DNA from: Corynebacterium auriscanis
GTDB lineage: Bacteria; Actinomycetota; Actinomycetes; Mycobacteriales; Mycobacteriaceae
DNA: 24,000 nucleotides
Assembly: GCF_030408435.1 (NCBI RefSeq)
Contig: NZ_CP047046.1
Coordinates: 268,572 to 292,571 of the forward strand
Direction of reading: 5' to 3'
The stretch's first letter is position 1; every line of letters starts with the position of its first letter. Shown piece by piece: positions 8,479 to 17,775 of the stretch. The notes under the pieces are model-generated. The model was given only the letters and a program-made list of their open reading frames with translations, did no database searches and had not been told where the DNA came from. Position numbers and translations under genes: made by a program.

Positions 8479-10321
8479 GATCGTCGTGAATAGGCACCGG
8501 CGTTCGACCGGATAAGTACTTCCAGCGCCACCACTCTGGGTAACGCACCCACGCAGCGTACAGTGCCCAGATCGCCAGCCAGAATCCGATCGTTGCCACC
8601 AGCCAGAACAGGCCGATACCCAGGCGGACGGGAACATCGGTAATTTGCTCGTTATCCAAGTTGGGGTTAGGAATGCGGTACAGCGAGTACTTATCGATAT
8701 CCAAAGCCCGCTGGTAACCGCCGTCTTGGAGTGCCTTGATGGCGCGCGACATGTTGAGTTGCTCGGAAACGGAACCCCAGTCGATCAAAACCCAGCCAAC
8801 TCCGTTGGCCTTTAGCGTGTCGTGGCCCTGCATGATGGCCAGCAACAACTCCATGGAGGTCCTATTACCATCGACAATGCGGCCGTCGACCACCAGGTAT
8901 CCCGGATCCAATGGGGTGCCGGGCAGTAACTTCAGTGCCGGATCGATGACAGGGTAATCACCCAACATGCGGTAATTGCCCGGCGGTAGCAGCAGCACCT
9001 TGCCGCGCGGGGCGGCGGAAACCGAGTTGGAAATCTGCTCCCATACTGGGGACAGGGGCCGCGGTGCTACGGGTTCGATGTCTTTCGGCAATCCCGGCAC
9101 GTTCCCGATGATGAGTGCGCACAGCAGCACACCCACTCCGCGTTGCAGCCAGCGGGTCGAAACCGGCTTATTCCGGACCTCGGTTACCGGGAAGAAAGAC
9201 TTCGAACGATCGCGCCGGTAATCCATGCGCTCGATCACCACACCGGTGAGCAGTACCATGCCGGGGAAGGCCAGGGCCACGAACTTCTGGGAATCGCGCA
9301 GCAACCCCGCCCCCGGAACCGTGCTAATGAGCCACCCCATCAGGGCGAGACCCGGATCTGTGGACAGCAGCGCGGGCACAATAAAACCGGCGATCGTGAG
9401 GATCGTCAGCCCCCTGTAGACCCGCCACAATTCACGGATGCCCAGAATCAGGATCGCGGTGAGGGCAATTCCCACAAGCTCCGACAGCGTGTGGCGGGAA
9501 GGTGCGGAGGCCTCGACGTTCCAGATTCCGCCCAAGCTCAACAACGCGCCGAACGTGCCTGTGTGGTGTTCTGCACGTGGGGCAAAAACTGCGGCGGACG
9601 CCGGATCCGCTAGCGTTCCACCCGTCGCATTGGAATTGACTAACGCCGCGATCAACCAGGGTGCGCTTAGCAGAAGGCTGACAAGGAAGATCCACAAGCG
9701 CTGCACCCACTGTGTGAGGAAAATAAGGGCGATGATTGCCGCGAGGATCACACCGGTGGGGGTTAAAGCGCATACCGTCATGACGATCAGCAGCATGCCC
9801 CACAACCGCGAGGCTGCGAAGTAGGCCACGGCAGGCAGAAGCATGGCCGCGCTGACCAGCGACCAGTGCCCTTGCAGTAGCCGTTCTACGACGAATGGGT
9901 TCCATACAACAAGCAAACTGGCGGCGAATTGGGCAATCAAACGGCCGCCCGCCATGGTCTGCACCATTTTGGCGGCGGCGAATGATCCAAGGGATCCGCT
10001 GAAGACCATGACCAGGGCGGCCATTGTGTAAGCCGGAATTGCCGGCGAGAGAATCGCAAGAATCGCATCTTGCGGAACGGCGCGGGGTGCCCCTTCTGTG
10101 GCACCCATTGTGATGTTGTTGACGGTGATCTGCGCCGGGAGGAACATGTCGCGCAAGGCGAAGGCCTTGTTCGTCATGTCCACGGTGGTGAGCGCGGCCC
10201 AGAAGGGCCACAGGGTGAGTATTGAAAGTAGCACCGACCACGCGGGAATAATCCACGGATTCTGATGGGGCAAGCCATCGTGCCGTGTGCGTGGTTCGAA
10301 CGTAGTGGTGCAGCTTTTCAC
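8456..10321 (-). CDS. Polytopic integral membrane protein of unknown function (Rv0226c type)
   Basis: 621 aa. The N-terminal roughly 400 residues contain many hydrophobic helices and are followed by a soluble C-terminal domain. The GTG start at 10321 lies 33 nt after the upstream gene. Its position between the GT4 gene and the DUF3068-type gene matches Rv0226c. Its 3' end overlaps the convergent GT4 gene by 23 bp. Confidence 0.8.
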   Translation of the reverse strand: MKSCTTTFEPRTRHDGLPHQNPWIIPAWSVLLSILTLWPFWAALTTVDMTNKAFALRDMFLPAQITVNNITMGATEGAPRAVPQDAILAILSPAIPAYTMAALVMVFSGSLGSFAAAKMVQTMAGGRLIAQFAASLLVVWNPFVVERLLQGHWSLVSAAMLLPAVAYFAASRLWGMLLIVMTVCALTPTGVILAAIIALIFLTQWVQRLWIFLVSLLLSAPWLIAALVNSNATGGTLADPASAAVFAPRAEHHTGTFGALLSLGGIWNVEASAPSRHTLSELVGIALTAILILGIRELWRVYRGLTILTIAGFIVPALLSTDPGLALMGWLISTVPGAGLLRDSQKFVALAFPGMVLLTGVVIERMDYRRDRSKSFFPVTEVRNKPVSTRWLQRGVGVLLCALIIGNVPGLPKDIEPVAPRPLSPVWEQISNSVSAAPRGKVLLLPPGNYRMLGDYPVIDPALKLLPGTPLDPGYLVVDGRIVDGNRTSMELLLAIMQGHDTLKANGVGWVLIDWGSVSEQLNMSRAIKALQDGGYQRALDIDKYSLYRIPNPNLDNEQITDVPVRLGIGLFWLVATIGFWLAIWALYAAWVRYPEWWRWKYLSGRTPVPIHDDPKEVGVR

Positions 10322-10354
10322 CTGCCCAACCTTAGTGCACGTTGGCGGGTGTTC

Positions 10355-11623
10355 CTAGACGCGGCGAGCAGTGCCGTGGGCAACGTGATCGCTGTCGTAG
10401 TCAGCGCCAGCGTGGCGCTCTGCGCGGCGGCGCTTCAGTGCCATGATCAGGCCGGCCAGCAGAAGCAGCAGACCCAGTGGGCCGAGGATCCATGGAACGG
10501 TGGTGCCCATGGTCTTCAGGGTGCTCAGGCCTTCCTTGGCCTTGTCCATCTGCTGTTCCTTGGACGTTTCGTTCCACGCGCCGGGGATGTACAGGGCGGT
10601 GCGCTTAGGGTTGTCGATCTCAGCCTGACGGTTCTCTGGCTTAACCATCTCGTCGGCCTCGGCCTGATCCTTGGCGTAGAACTGCCAGATCTCTTCTTCA
10701 CCGTTGACGATCACACCGGTATCGGGCTGTACCCACAGGGTGCGGTTCACGGTGTAGTAACGGGACAGCTCCACCTCGGAGCTCTTCTCGTCCTTCTTAT
10801 CCTTGTCGTCCTTGTTCTCCGCCTTGTCCTGTGCTGGCTCCTCAATACCCCAGATCTTGGCAGGGAACTTCAAGCGCAGGGATGCGAGGGTGCTCTCGTC
10901 AGCCTTGGACAGGTCACCATCGGCCTCCAGCTGCTCCTTCAAGCGGGAGTGCAGCTCTACCGGTGCCACGGTTTGGTGGAATTTATAAACCTTTTCGCCA
11001 CCTTGCTCTTCCTCACCCACGTAGTCGATGGGCTGTGCCTTCAGTGCCTGGGCATCGAAGTAGTCGTAGGAGCGACGATCGGTGCCCATAGGGAACTGGT
11101 ACTGAATACCTGGGCGAGTGAATGGGCCGATAGCGGCCTCGGCGTTAGGGCTCAGTGCGGGAGCGTTCACGTCCAAGGTGGAGACCGGGTCTGGAACGGG
11201 CATCTGGGTCTTACGATCCAGAGTCACGCGGTCAACGGTTGCGTTCACCAGATTCTTGGGCTCTTCGCGGTCGGTGCGAAACAGTGTTTGACCAGCTTCC
11301 AGGGTCACAACCTTATCGTCTGTTGGCTCCTGTGCGCGAGTGAAGCGCTGGGACTGAAGTTCCACGTCCTTGAGGATGAAGCAGCTAACCTGCTTGTCCT
11401 TACCGCGGCATTCGGGACGGCTGGCCTTATCTTGGACGGGCTTGCCCGCTGCCAACGCGTTTGCGTCCAGCAGGTTGCTCTTAATTGGATCCGTACCGGT
11501 GGTGGATACGATGTCCTTAGGCAATACCTTGCCCTTGGGAACAACGTAGGTGGGCAGTGCGATCGCGAAGATCAGCATGGCGGCGCCCAGGATAATCAAG
11601 AGGGAGGAAAGTACCTTCTTCAT
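10355..11623 (-). CDS. DUF3068/PorA-family membrane-anchored protein (Rv0227c type)
   Basis: 422 aa. It has an N-terminal TM helix (LSSLLIILGAAMLIFAIALP) and a C-terminal TM helix (VPWILGPLGLLLLLAGLIMAL), which is the characteristic topology of this family. It carries a Lys/Asp-rich insert, AQDKAENKDDKDKKDEKSSE. The ATG at 11623 has AGGA upstream. Confidence 0.82.
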   Translation of the reverse strand: MKKVLSSLLIILGAAMLIFAIALPTYVVPKGKVLPKDIVSTTGTDPIKSNLLDANALAAGKPVQDKASRPECRGKDKQVSCFILKDVELQSQRFTRAQEPTDDKVVTLEAGQTLFRTDREEPKNLVNATVDRVTLDRKTQMPVPDPVSTLDVNAPALSPNAEAAIGPFTRPGIQYQFPMGTDRRSYDYFDAQALKAQPIDYVGEEEQGGEKVYKFHQTVAPVELHSRLKEQLEADGDLSKADESTLASLRLKFPAKIWGIEEPAQDKAENKDDKDKKDEKSSEVELSRYYTVNRTLWVQPDTGVIVNGEEEIWQFYAKDQAEADEMVKPENRQAEIDNPKRTALYIPGAWNETSKEQQMDKAKEGLSTLKTMGTTVPWILGPLGLLLLLAGLIMALKRRRAERHAGADYDSDHVAHGTARRV

Positions 11624-11694
11624 GGATTCGTGTCCTGACTGTTTCGTAGCATTGAGTCCTCGGCGCTACCGATTGGCCTGCCTCGGCACATAGC

Positions 11695-11710
11695 GTGAGA
11701 AGATTCTCAC
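11695..11710. promoter_or_regulatory. Perfect 7-2-7 inverted repeat in a divergent intergenic region (candidate operator)
   Basis: GTGAGAAGATTCTCAC lies in the AT-rich 188-bp gap between the divergently transcribed DUF3068-type gene (start 11623) and the acyltransferase gene (start 11812). Confidence 0.35.
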
Positions 11711-11811
11711 ACTTTAGCTAAATCGAATAGTTTCTGTTGGCAAAACGCTGAAATATTTGTATAAGAGGGTAGCAATATTGAACCCATGAGTTAAGCTGAT
11801 CGCTGATTGCT

Positions 11812-12972
11812 ATGACCACCAGCCCCCGCCCTCGGTTCCTCCCCGCGCTCGAAGGCCTCCGCGCGGTGGCTTGCTGCGGAATCATCGTCACGCACGTGGC
11901 CTTCCAAACCGGCGCCGATCACGGTTCCCTCTTTAATCGCATGATGGCCCGCACGGATTTTTTTGTGCCGGTGTTTTTTGCACTTTCGGGTTTCCTGCTG
12001 TGGCGCGGTCATCACGGTTCTTTTTCTCATTCCTACGACGCCGCCAACCTCCGCACCCTCGCCGGTTATTACGTCAAACGGGTTGGCCGAATCATGCCCG
12101 CATACTGGGTCACGGTCGCCGCGGTTCTGTTGGTTTTTCCCGTCGCGGAAAACCCCAATGCGCTGGCGGTAATCGCTAATTTCTTCTTAGCTCAGATCTA
12201 CGTGGACGGTGGGTTGGTCGGTGGTCTGACCCACCTGTGGTCCCTGTGCGTGGAGATGGCGTTCTACCTGGTCATGCCGGTGCTGGCTATCGTGATCGGT
12301 CGTCGTAATCGCGCGCTGCGCGTGGCTATCATCGTTGCGTTGAGCACCTTGAGTTTCGGCTGGGCGTTCATCCCCGCGTTCGTCGCAGCCCCAGGTCCAG
12401 GCGAATTGAATCCGCACATTATGCCTCCCGCGTTCACCGCATGGTTCGGCGTGGGGTTGCTGTCTGCTGAGCTCGAGGGCATCAGTGGCCCGCGTGCTGA
12501 GCGGATCATTTCCCGTCTACGCCCGGTGTTTTGGCTATTGGCTATCGCCATGCTGGTGGTGGCGGCATCCGATGGCCCGGAGGGGCTGACACATGCGGAG
12601 CCCGCGGAGTTCGCTCGGCGTACGCTGTATGGTCTTGTCTTTGCAGCGTCGCTGATCACCCCTTATGCCCTCGCGCCGCGCTCGGCGTTTTTCGAAAGCC
12701 CGTGGATGCAGGCGCTGGGGCGGTGGTCGTATTCCATCTTCTTGTGGCACATGGCAATGCTGTCGCTGGTGTTCCCATTGCTTGGCATCGGGTTGTTTTC
12801 CGGGCACACGGCACTCGTGTTGGTTACCACCTTCGGCCTGACCGTTCCCGTGGCCGCCTTGAACTATGCGCTGGTGGAAGAACCCGCGCGTCGGTGGATC
12901 AACGCGTGGTGGAAGCGGCGCAGCAGCGCCGATAGCACAGCTAAGCCCAAGGCTGCACCTGTCGCCAGCTGA
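11812..12972 (+). CDS. tmaT: Integral membrane acyltransferase, acyltransferase-3 family (Rv0228/TmaT type)
   Basis: 386 aa and polytopic. The N-terminal segment PALEGLRAVACCGIIVTHVAF is typical of acyltransferase-3 proteins, which share a conserved His in the first helix. Its position matches Rv0228. The gene symbol comes from remembered C. glutamicum TmaT/Rv0228 orthology and is not verified here. Confidence 0.85.
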   Translation: MTTSPRPRFLPALEGLRAVACCGIIVTHVAFQTGADHGSLFNRMMARTDFFVPVFFALSGFLLWRGHHGSFSHSYDAANLRTLAGYYVKRVGRIMPAYWVTVAAVLLVFPVAENPNALAVIANFFLAQIYVDGGLVGGLTHLWSLCVEMAFYLVMPVLAIVIGRRNRALRVAIIVALSTLSFGWAFIPAFVAAPGPGELNPHIMPPAFTAWFGVGLLSAELEGISGPRAERIISRLRPVFWLLAIAMLVVAASDGPEGLTHAEPAEFARRTLYGLVFAASLITPYALAPRSAFFESPWMQALGRWSYSIFLWHMAMLSLVFPLLGIGLFSGHTALVLVTTFGLTVPVAALNYALVEEPARRWINAWWKRRSSADSTAKPKAAPVAS

Positions 12973-15900
12973 TCCCCGGCGTACACTTCGGATCCCCATG
13001 GCCCCTGCGAGGCCAGAACCAGCGCCACGGCAGATGACGCGCCGAAGATGACGGTGTTCACCGACAGCCACAGGCGAGAAACCCGCGAATCCGAAGGGGT
13101 GCGGGGGAGGTCGGAGCGGGGCGTCGAGACAAAAGGTGAATCAGGAAAAGAGCCGCCAACCGCAAACAAGCCGCGCCGCCATATGGAGGCACCCAAAGTA
13201 ATCCACATGGCAACCAGGATCGTGGCAGCGACCAAGCCGACTGCCAGCCACGCGCGGTATGTCGAGGTCGGGGCGAATTCCACGGTCAGCTGCCCGCCCA
13301 CACCCGCGGGCACGATCCACCCTTGCTGCCAGCCGTTGACCGTGATGGGCTGCAACCGGCCGGGATGACCTGCGATGGTGGCTTGGCGCCCGGGGTTGGC
13401 CTGTGAGGGGGAATAGATGATGCGGGGTTTATCGGCTGGGGCGATATCGGCCGTTTCCCGGCCGGGGGCTGTGTGGGCCGCCGCCTTGCTTCGGGTTGGG
13501 GTGCTGGCCTCTGGGCCGCTGGGTTGGCTTTCATTCTTTTCGACGCCCACCTCTACCCCCGCCGGCGAATTGGCAATGGCGGCCGCGTACAGCGGTTCGG
13601 CGATGGACAGGGCCACCCACCGGTCCATGCTGCGCACCTCGTGGGTGCCGCCGGCGAGCCGAATCACATCCCCGCAGTGGTATTCCTTGCCGTCCACGGT
13701 CGCACGGATGGGCTGCCGTGAGCTGCAGCGGTCGGTGTGCAGAACGTAGGGTGTGCGGGTGTCCGCGGCGCCGGGGACGGTGAATTCACGGATGAGAGTG
13801 GATTCCGGGATTTCCTGGCCGAAGACGAACCGGTTAGTGCGGGCGGGCGGGGCAACAGTGGAAACCTCGGGAGTAGACGCCGATGACGATGACTCGGCGT
13901 TGTTGGCAGCGCCGGGGGCCCCAGCAGCGGAACCCGCTGATGGTGCAGCAGCCGGCGCAGGTACCGTGACGATGCGACGGGGCGTGAGGTCCTTATCTTT
14001 CTCGCTGACCGTAGCCTCCGCCAAGCCGAAGTCACCGAACGCTGAAATGATCGTCAGGCGAATCGTATCCGCGTGACCAGCAGGAACAGTGATCTTGTTG
14101 TCTTCGCCACGCTTGCTGGAAGTAGTTGTGCTGGCCACGGTCTTGCCATGCAATAACGTGGTGACCTGCAAGCGAGTGGGTGCGCCTTGCGTGCGGATCG
14201 TCAGTGACGGCCGCGTGACGGTGGAATCCAAGCGGAACTCGATCCACTGCCCGGGAGCCACTCCGGGAGCGGGGCGCCATGCAGTGCGGGGATTGCTGTC
14301 CACTGCAGCCGTGGGGGAGCTGATGGTGGAAGCCCCGCCGAAAGATGTGGGGTCACTGGCGGAGGAGCTGGCCACCACGCGCCCACCGACCTCGCGGACC
14401 TGGGTGAGCTTGTCCGCCGGAACCGGCTCCAGCGCAGTTGCGGTATCCGCTGCCGGGGAGCCCGATTCCCTCTGCCCCACACTGCCCGCGCGCAGTGGGT
14501 AATCCTTCATAGGGTTCAACAGGAAGGTGGGATCTTTTGGCGCGCGGATCTCCGAATCAGCATTGACTACGTTGCCGTAGTTGTGCTCGCGCACAGCCGG
14601 GGTATCGGTCACGGTTTGCGCTGGGCCAAAGACATTCGCCTGGCCACCGCCACGCAGATTCTGCGGGATCTGCGCATCCAGCACGCGGGTGCGGGCCTCA
14701 CCGCGCCGGCCTAGGGCGGCATCGGCGGCATCCAACCGGGGCAGGGTTTCGGGACCGGCGTGCACAACCTCCACGTTTTCGGTCTCCACCAGGCGCAAAC
14801 CGCCACCGAATCCGGACTGGCCGACCTGGAAGATGCGCACCTGCTTATCGTCACCAAACGCAGCGACCTCGCGGAAACCACCCGAGCGCTGCAGCGTTTT
14901 CAGTACGGCCTTGGGGCCTGGCGTATCCGACGCTGCGGTCAGGTCGCTGCGCACGAGGACAAACCCCACGCCCTGATTGCGCAGCGTGGCCGCCAGGGAC
15001 GGAATCGCATTGCCCGAATGGACCTCCCGTTGTACGCCATCTAAACCGCGGATGGCCTCGGGCTGCACCAGCGGCACGGAATCGCGGACTACCCACGGTA
15101 CGTCCAGCCAGGGCTGGGCGGGCTCATCGCGAGTATTTCCCCACGTCTGCCTACCGAACCGAGCCTCGGGCAGGATCATTGTGCGCGCCGGGGTTGAGTG
15201 CCCGGTAGGCGCCCCACTGGGGGTGTGGGTGTTGAGCCACTGGGAGGCGTCGGCCCAATAAGAAGGCACACCGCGGTACGCATCGGCGGCAACGATCCGC
15301 CCAGACCAACCGGTGGCAGTGACGATGGCTAGCAATAATCCCACGGCGATGGCGCGGGGGACGTTCGTGTGTTTTTCGGGGTGCAGCCACAGTGTCCACT
15401 TTTCACGATCCAGCCCCGGCCATTGGATACCGCGCAAGGTCACGGCAACTCCGGCCACCAACGGTAAGCGCACCAGGGGATCGAATTTGTGCAGGTTACG
15501 CAGGGCAGCGCCGGGGCCGTCTAGGAACGCGCGGTAGCTCTGCGACAGTGGACTGAACTGATCCACCGCTGCGACCATCACCAGGAATCCCGCGCCGAAG
15601 ACCAGCCACCACCGCAGCGGCAGGTGGCGCATTCCCCACAGTCCAAGGAGGGCAACAGCTACGGTGGCCACGATGAACACGGGTTCGACCACCAGGGCGT
15701 GCCCACCGGCGCGTTCGGTGGAGAGGAACGGAGTCCAGGACGTGGTTCCGCGCAGCACCTCCAGCGGATTGAGCCAGCGCGTGGTCAGGGAGGAGGACTC
15801 GATATAGTCCGTGAACGGTGGCGAGTAGCGCCCCAGGATTAGCAGTGGCCCGATCCACCAGAACGTGGCCAGCAACCCGCCCGGCACCCACCACAGGGCA

Positions 15901-16649
15901 AAGTAGGCCGCGGCGCGCCGGGTTAGGTGCCGTTGTTTGCGCTGGTCGGTGGTGGAGGGTGGTCTTATATCCGACGCCACCCCGGTCCGCCCACTCACAA
16001 TCACCGCGAGCCACCACAGGAAAGCCGGTAACGTGGCAGCGGCGGTGGCGACGGCGTTGACGGCACCGAGGCAAAGGATCGCGACGGCGCTGGACAGTGC
16101 AGCCCAGGCCAGTTTGGTACGTAGGGTTTTGGTCAGGCGCGACTGGGATGCGTGCGCAGTCTCCCTCACCTGCGCAAACCCGCGCACCATCGGCAGTAGA
16201 ATCCATGGCACCAGTGCCACGGTCCAGGCTTCGGAGCTAATGGCCCCTAGGGTGGTCAGCAGGCGCGGGGACAGTGCAAACAGCACACCGGCGATGACCC
16301 GCGATGACCGCGAGCCCACCCCGGCGGCCGCAAGCAGCTTGACCGTGCCGGCGAAGGCGAAGGCCAACAGCATTCCCCACCACAAGCGCTGCACGATCCA
16401 CCCCGGCAACCAGCTGAGCAACGCAAAAAACAGCCCATGGGGGAACAGGTATCCATAGGCTTGGTTTTGTAGCTGACCCAGAGGGAACGCATCCGTCCAC
16501 GGGTACAGTGCTTGGGCTAGAAATCCCCACGGATCGCTGGTGAGGTCCAGCTTGGTATCCGCGGAGATCAGCCCCGGGGCTTGGAGGAACGCGAAAGCGA
16601 ACCACGCGAGGGTGGTTAGGATCCACGCGCGTTTAGAAAGTGTCTGCAC
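12864..16649 (-). CDS. aftD: Alpha-(1->3)-arabinofuranosyltransferase AftD (GT-C membrane glycosyltransferase with a large extracytoplasmic region)
   Basis: 1261 aa. The N-terminal GT-C region includes QAPGLISADTKLDLTSDPWGFL and many TM helices. A central soluble region carries a discoidin/F5-8-type-C-like segment, DSNPRTAWRPAPGVAPGQWIEFRL. C-terminal TM helices follow. It has a GTG start at 16649. The gene lies directly downstream of a small secreted-protein gene and next to a GH3 lipoprotein gene, as Rv0236c lies with Rv0236A and Rv0237. Confidence 0.92.
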   Translation of the reverse strand: MQTLSKRAWILTTLAWFAFAFLQAPGLISADTKLDLTSDPWGFLAQALYPWTDAFPLGQLQNQAYGYLFPHGLFFALLSWLPGWIVQRLWWGMLLAFAFAGTVKLLAAAGVGSRSSRVIAGVLFALSPRLLTTLGAISSEAWTVALVPWILLPMVRGFAQVRETAHASQSRLTKTLRTKLAWAALSSAVAILCLGAVNAVATAAATLPAFLWWLAVIVSGRTGVASDIRPPSTTDQRKQRHLTRRAAAYFALWWVPGGLLATFWWIGPLLILGRYSPPFTDYIESSSLTTRWLNPLEVLRGTTSWTPFLSTERAGGHALVVEPVFIVATVAVALLGLWGMRHLPLRWWLVFGAGFLVMVAAVDQFSPLSQSYRAFLDGPGAALRNLHKFDPLVRLPLVAGVAVTLRGIQWPGLDREKWTLWLHPEKHTNVPRAIAVGLLLAIVTATGWSGRIVAADAYRGVPSYWADASQWLNTHTPSGAPTGHSTPARTMILPEARFGRQTWGNTRDEPAQPWLDVPWVVRDSVPLVQPEAIRGLDGVQREVHSGNAIPSLAATLRNQGVGFVLVRSDLTAASDTPGPKAVLKTLQRSGGFREVAAFGDDKQVRIFQVGQSGFGGGLRLVETENVEVVHAGPETLPRLDAADAALGRRGEARTRVLDAQIPQNLRGGGQANVFGPAQTVTDTPAVREHNYGNVVNADSEIRAPKDPTFLLNPMKDYPLRAGSVGQRESGSPAADTATALEPVPADKLTQVREVGGRVVASSSASDPTSFGGASTISSPTAAVDSNPRTAWRPAPGVAPGQWIEFRLDSTVTRPSLTIRTQGAPTRLQVTTLLHGKTVASTTTSSKRGEDNKITVPAGHADTIRLTIISAFGDFGLAEATVSEKDKDLTPRRIVTVPAPAAAPSAGSAAGAPGAANNAESSSSASTPEVSTVAPPARTNRFVFGQEIPESTLIREFTVPGAADTRTPYVLHTDRCSSRQPIRATVDGKEYHCGDVIRLAGGTHEVRSMDRWVALSIAEPLYAAAIANSPAGVEVGVEKNESQPSGPEASTPTRSKAAAHTAPGRETADIAPADKPRIIYSPSQANPGRQATIAGHPGRLQPITVNGWQQGWIVPAGVGGQLTVEFAPTSTYRAWLAVGLVAATILVAMWITLGASIWRRGLFAVGGSFPDSPFVSTPRSDLPRTPSDSRVSRLWLSVNTVIFGASSAVALVLASQGPWGSEVYAGDQLATGAALGLAVLSALLRRFHHALIHRRAGSSTSA

Positions 16650-16659
16650 ACCTATCTCG

Positions 16660-16683
16660 AAAAACTATGGGAGTTCGCCTCCC
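16660..16683 (-). terminator. Weak hairpin plus U-tract between the small secreted-protein gene and aftD (possible partial terminator or attenuator)
   Basis: The minus strand reads GGGAGGCGAACTCCC, a 5-bp stem with a 5-nt loop, followed by ATAGTTTTT. It lies in the 62-nt gap between the two genes. The stem is short. Confidence 0.3.
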
Positions 16684-16711
16684 GGTCCGTGTGATGGACG
16701 GGGTCGGTGAC

Positions 16712-16924
16712 TTATTGATCGGAAACGCGGCCGCCGTATTGGACGGAGCCCAGGAATGCGTTGTCCTCGTTCACGGCCAGCTCGGACTCGTTGGGCAGCT
16801 CGGTGTTATCCGCCATAGCGCCTGCGCCGAAGGCGAGGGCACCACCGAGGATCACGCCGGCAACGACAGAAGCGATAGCTGGGCTTACAGCGCGGCGTGG
16901 CTCGGAATCAGTTTGGTAAGGCAT
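16712..16924 (-). CDS. Small membrane-anchored or secreted protein (Rv0236A position; DUF2613-like)
   Basis: 70 aa with a single hydrophobic segment, AIASVVAGVILGGALAFGAGAMA. AGGA lies 9 nt before the ATG at 16924. The gene is immediately upstream of aftD on the same strand, the position of Rv0236A in M. tuberculosis. The family name is from memory. Confidence 0.65.
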   Translation of the reverse strand: MPYQTDSEPRRAVSPAIASVVAGVILGGALAFGAGAMADNTELPNESELAVNEDNAFLGSVQYGGRVSDQ

Positions 16925-17018
16925 GCGGTTTTATCCTGTTCTCTTTTCAAGGCGGGGCATGAAAGTCGATTGTCGCGGTGCGCACAACGCAACCCCGCGA
17001 GTAGCACTGCGTTATAGC

Positions 17019-17693
17019 TTAGTCATCTTCGCTGGCCGGTGGCACAATCAGTACCGGGCGACCAGCATTTTTGATGATGCTATCGGACACACTGGACTGC
17101 AGGAGTGATTTCCAGCCAGAAAGTGCTCGTGTGCCTGTAACAATCAGGTCTACATCCAGTTCGTCCGCAGCGTCGACAATCGCGCTCCAAATGGCTGTTC
17201 CAGACTCTACCAAAAAAGGTTCGGTAGCAAACCCGTTTTGGCGAGCTAATTCCACACCTTCTTGGCACACGTTGACGGCCTCGGTGTATGCGGGATCATC
17301 ATCGTTCGGTTCGGTGGAGGCATCGGCGGACCAATCGTGTTGCATCATGCCGCTCATTCCCGCAGCGCGCGCGGCTTGACGGTGAATGGGTTCCCACACG
17401 GTGAGGATGTAAGCGTTCTTCGCGGACAGGAACCGACCAGCGTGTTCCACGGCCAGTCGCGCCTGGTCGGACCCATCGTAGGCAATGAGAACCGTATCCC
17501 CGTTTGGGTCGAACGCTGGTGCGGCGGGCGCGGCGGCAGTATCTGCGGCAGCGTCTGCGGAAGTGTCTGCGGAAGTGTCTCCGGCGACCGTAGGGGCGGC
17601 GACGTTGGCGACACTACCGTTTGCGTTGGCGTCTGTAGCAGCCGCAGTGCCAGCGCCCGTTGCAGCGATGGGTTGTTCGTTTGGGGCGGTCAT
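17019..17693 (-). CDS. Universal stress protein (UspA family) with an Ala/Thr/Asp-rich N-terminal low-complexity region
   Basis: The Usp fold is indicated by VLIAYDGSDQARLAVEHA and the C-terminal DLIVTGTRALSGWKSLLQSSVSDSIIKNAGRPVLIVP. I prefer the ATG at 17693, which has AAGGAG 11 nt upstream, over 17759. The N-terminal region contains a 12-bp repeat at 17541-17588. Confidence 0.85.
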   Translation of the reverse strand: MTAPNEQPIAATGAGTAAATDANANGSVANVAAPTVAGDTSADTSADAAADTAAAPAAPAFDPNGDTVLIAYDGSDQARLAVEHAGRFLSAKNAYILTVWEPIHRQAARAAGMSGMMQHDWSADASTEPNDDDPAYTEAVNVCQEGVELARQNGFATEPFLVESGTAIWSAIVDAADELDVDLIVTGTRALSGWKSLLQSSVSDSIIKNAGRPVLIVPPASEDD

Positions 17694-17775
17694 GATCTGG
17701 TCGTGCTCCTTACATCCATAACGTCTCCCGCTGTCATCTTTGGGTTCGGCGGGTTCCACTCACTACGTTAGTAGT

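Noticed and set aside
10265-11638. 457-aa plus-strand ORF
   Set aside because: It is antisense to the DUF3068-type gene and has no motifs, showing the typical mirror-frame composition. The minus-strand gene has proper TM anchors, an RBS and syntenic support.
12535-16626. Numerous 60-240-aa ORFs on both strands inside aftD (for example 12535-13071, 13664-14035, 15496-16206 and 15937-16458)
   Set aside because: All are nested within or antisense to the 1261-aa aftD frame. They are Arg/Pro/Gly-rich and lack motifs, which makes them high-GC frame artefacts.
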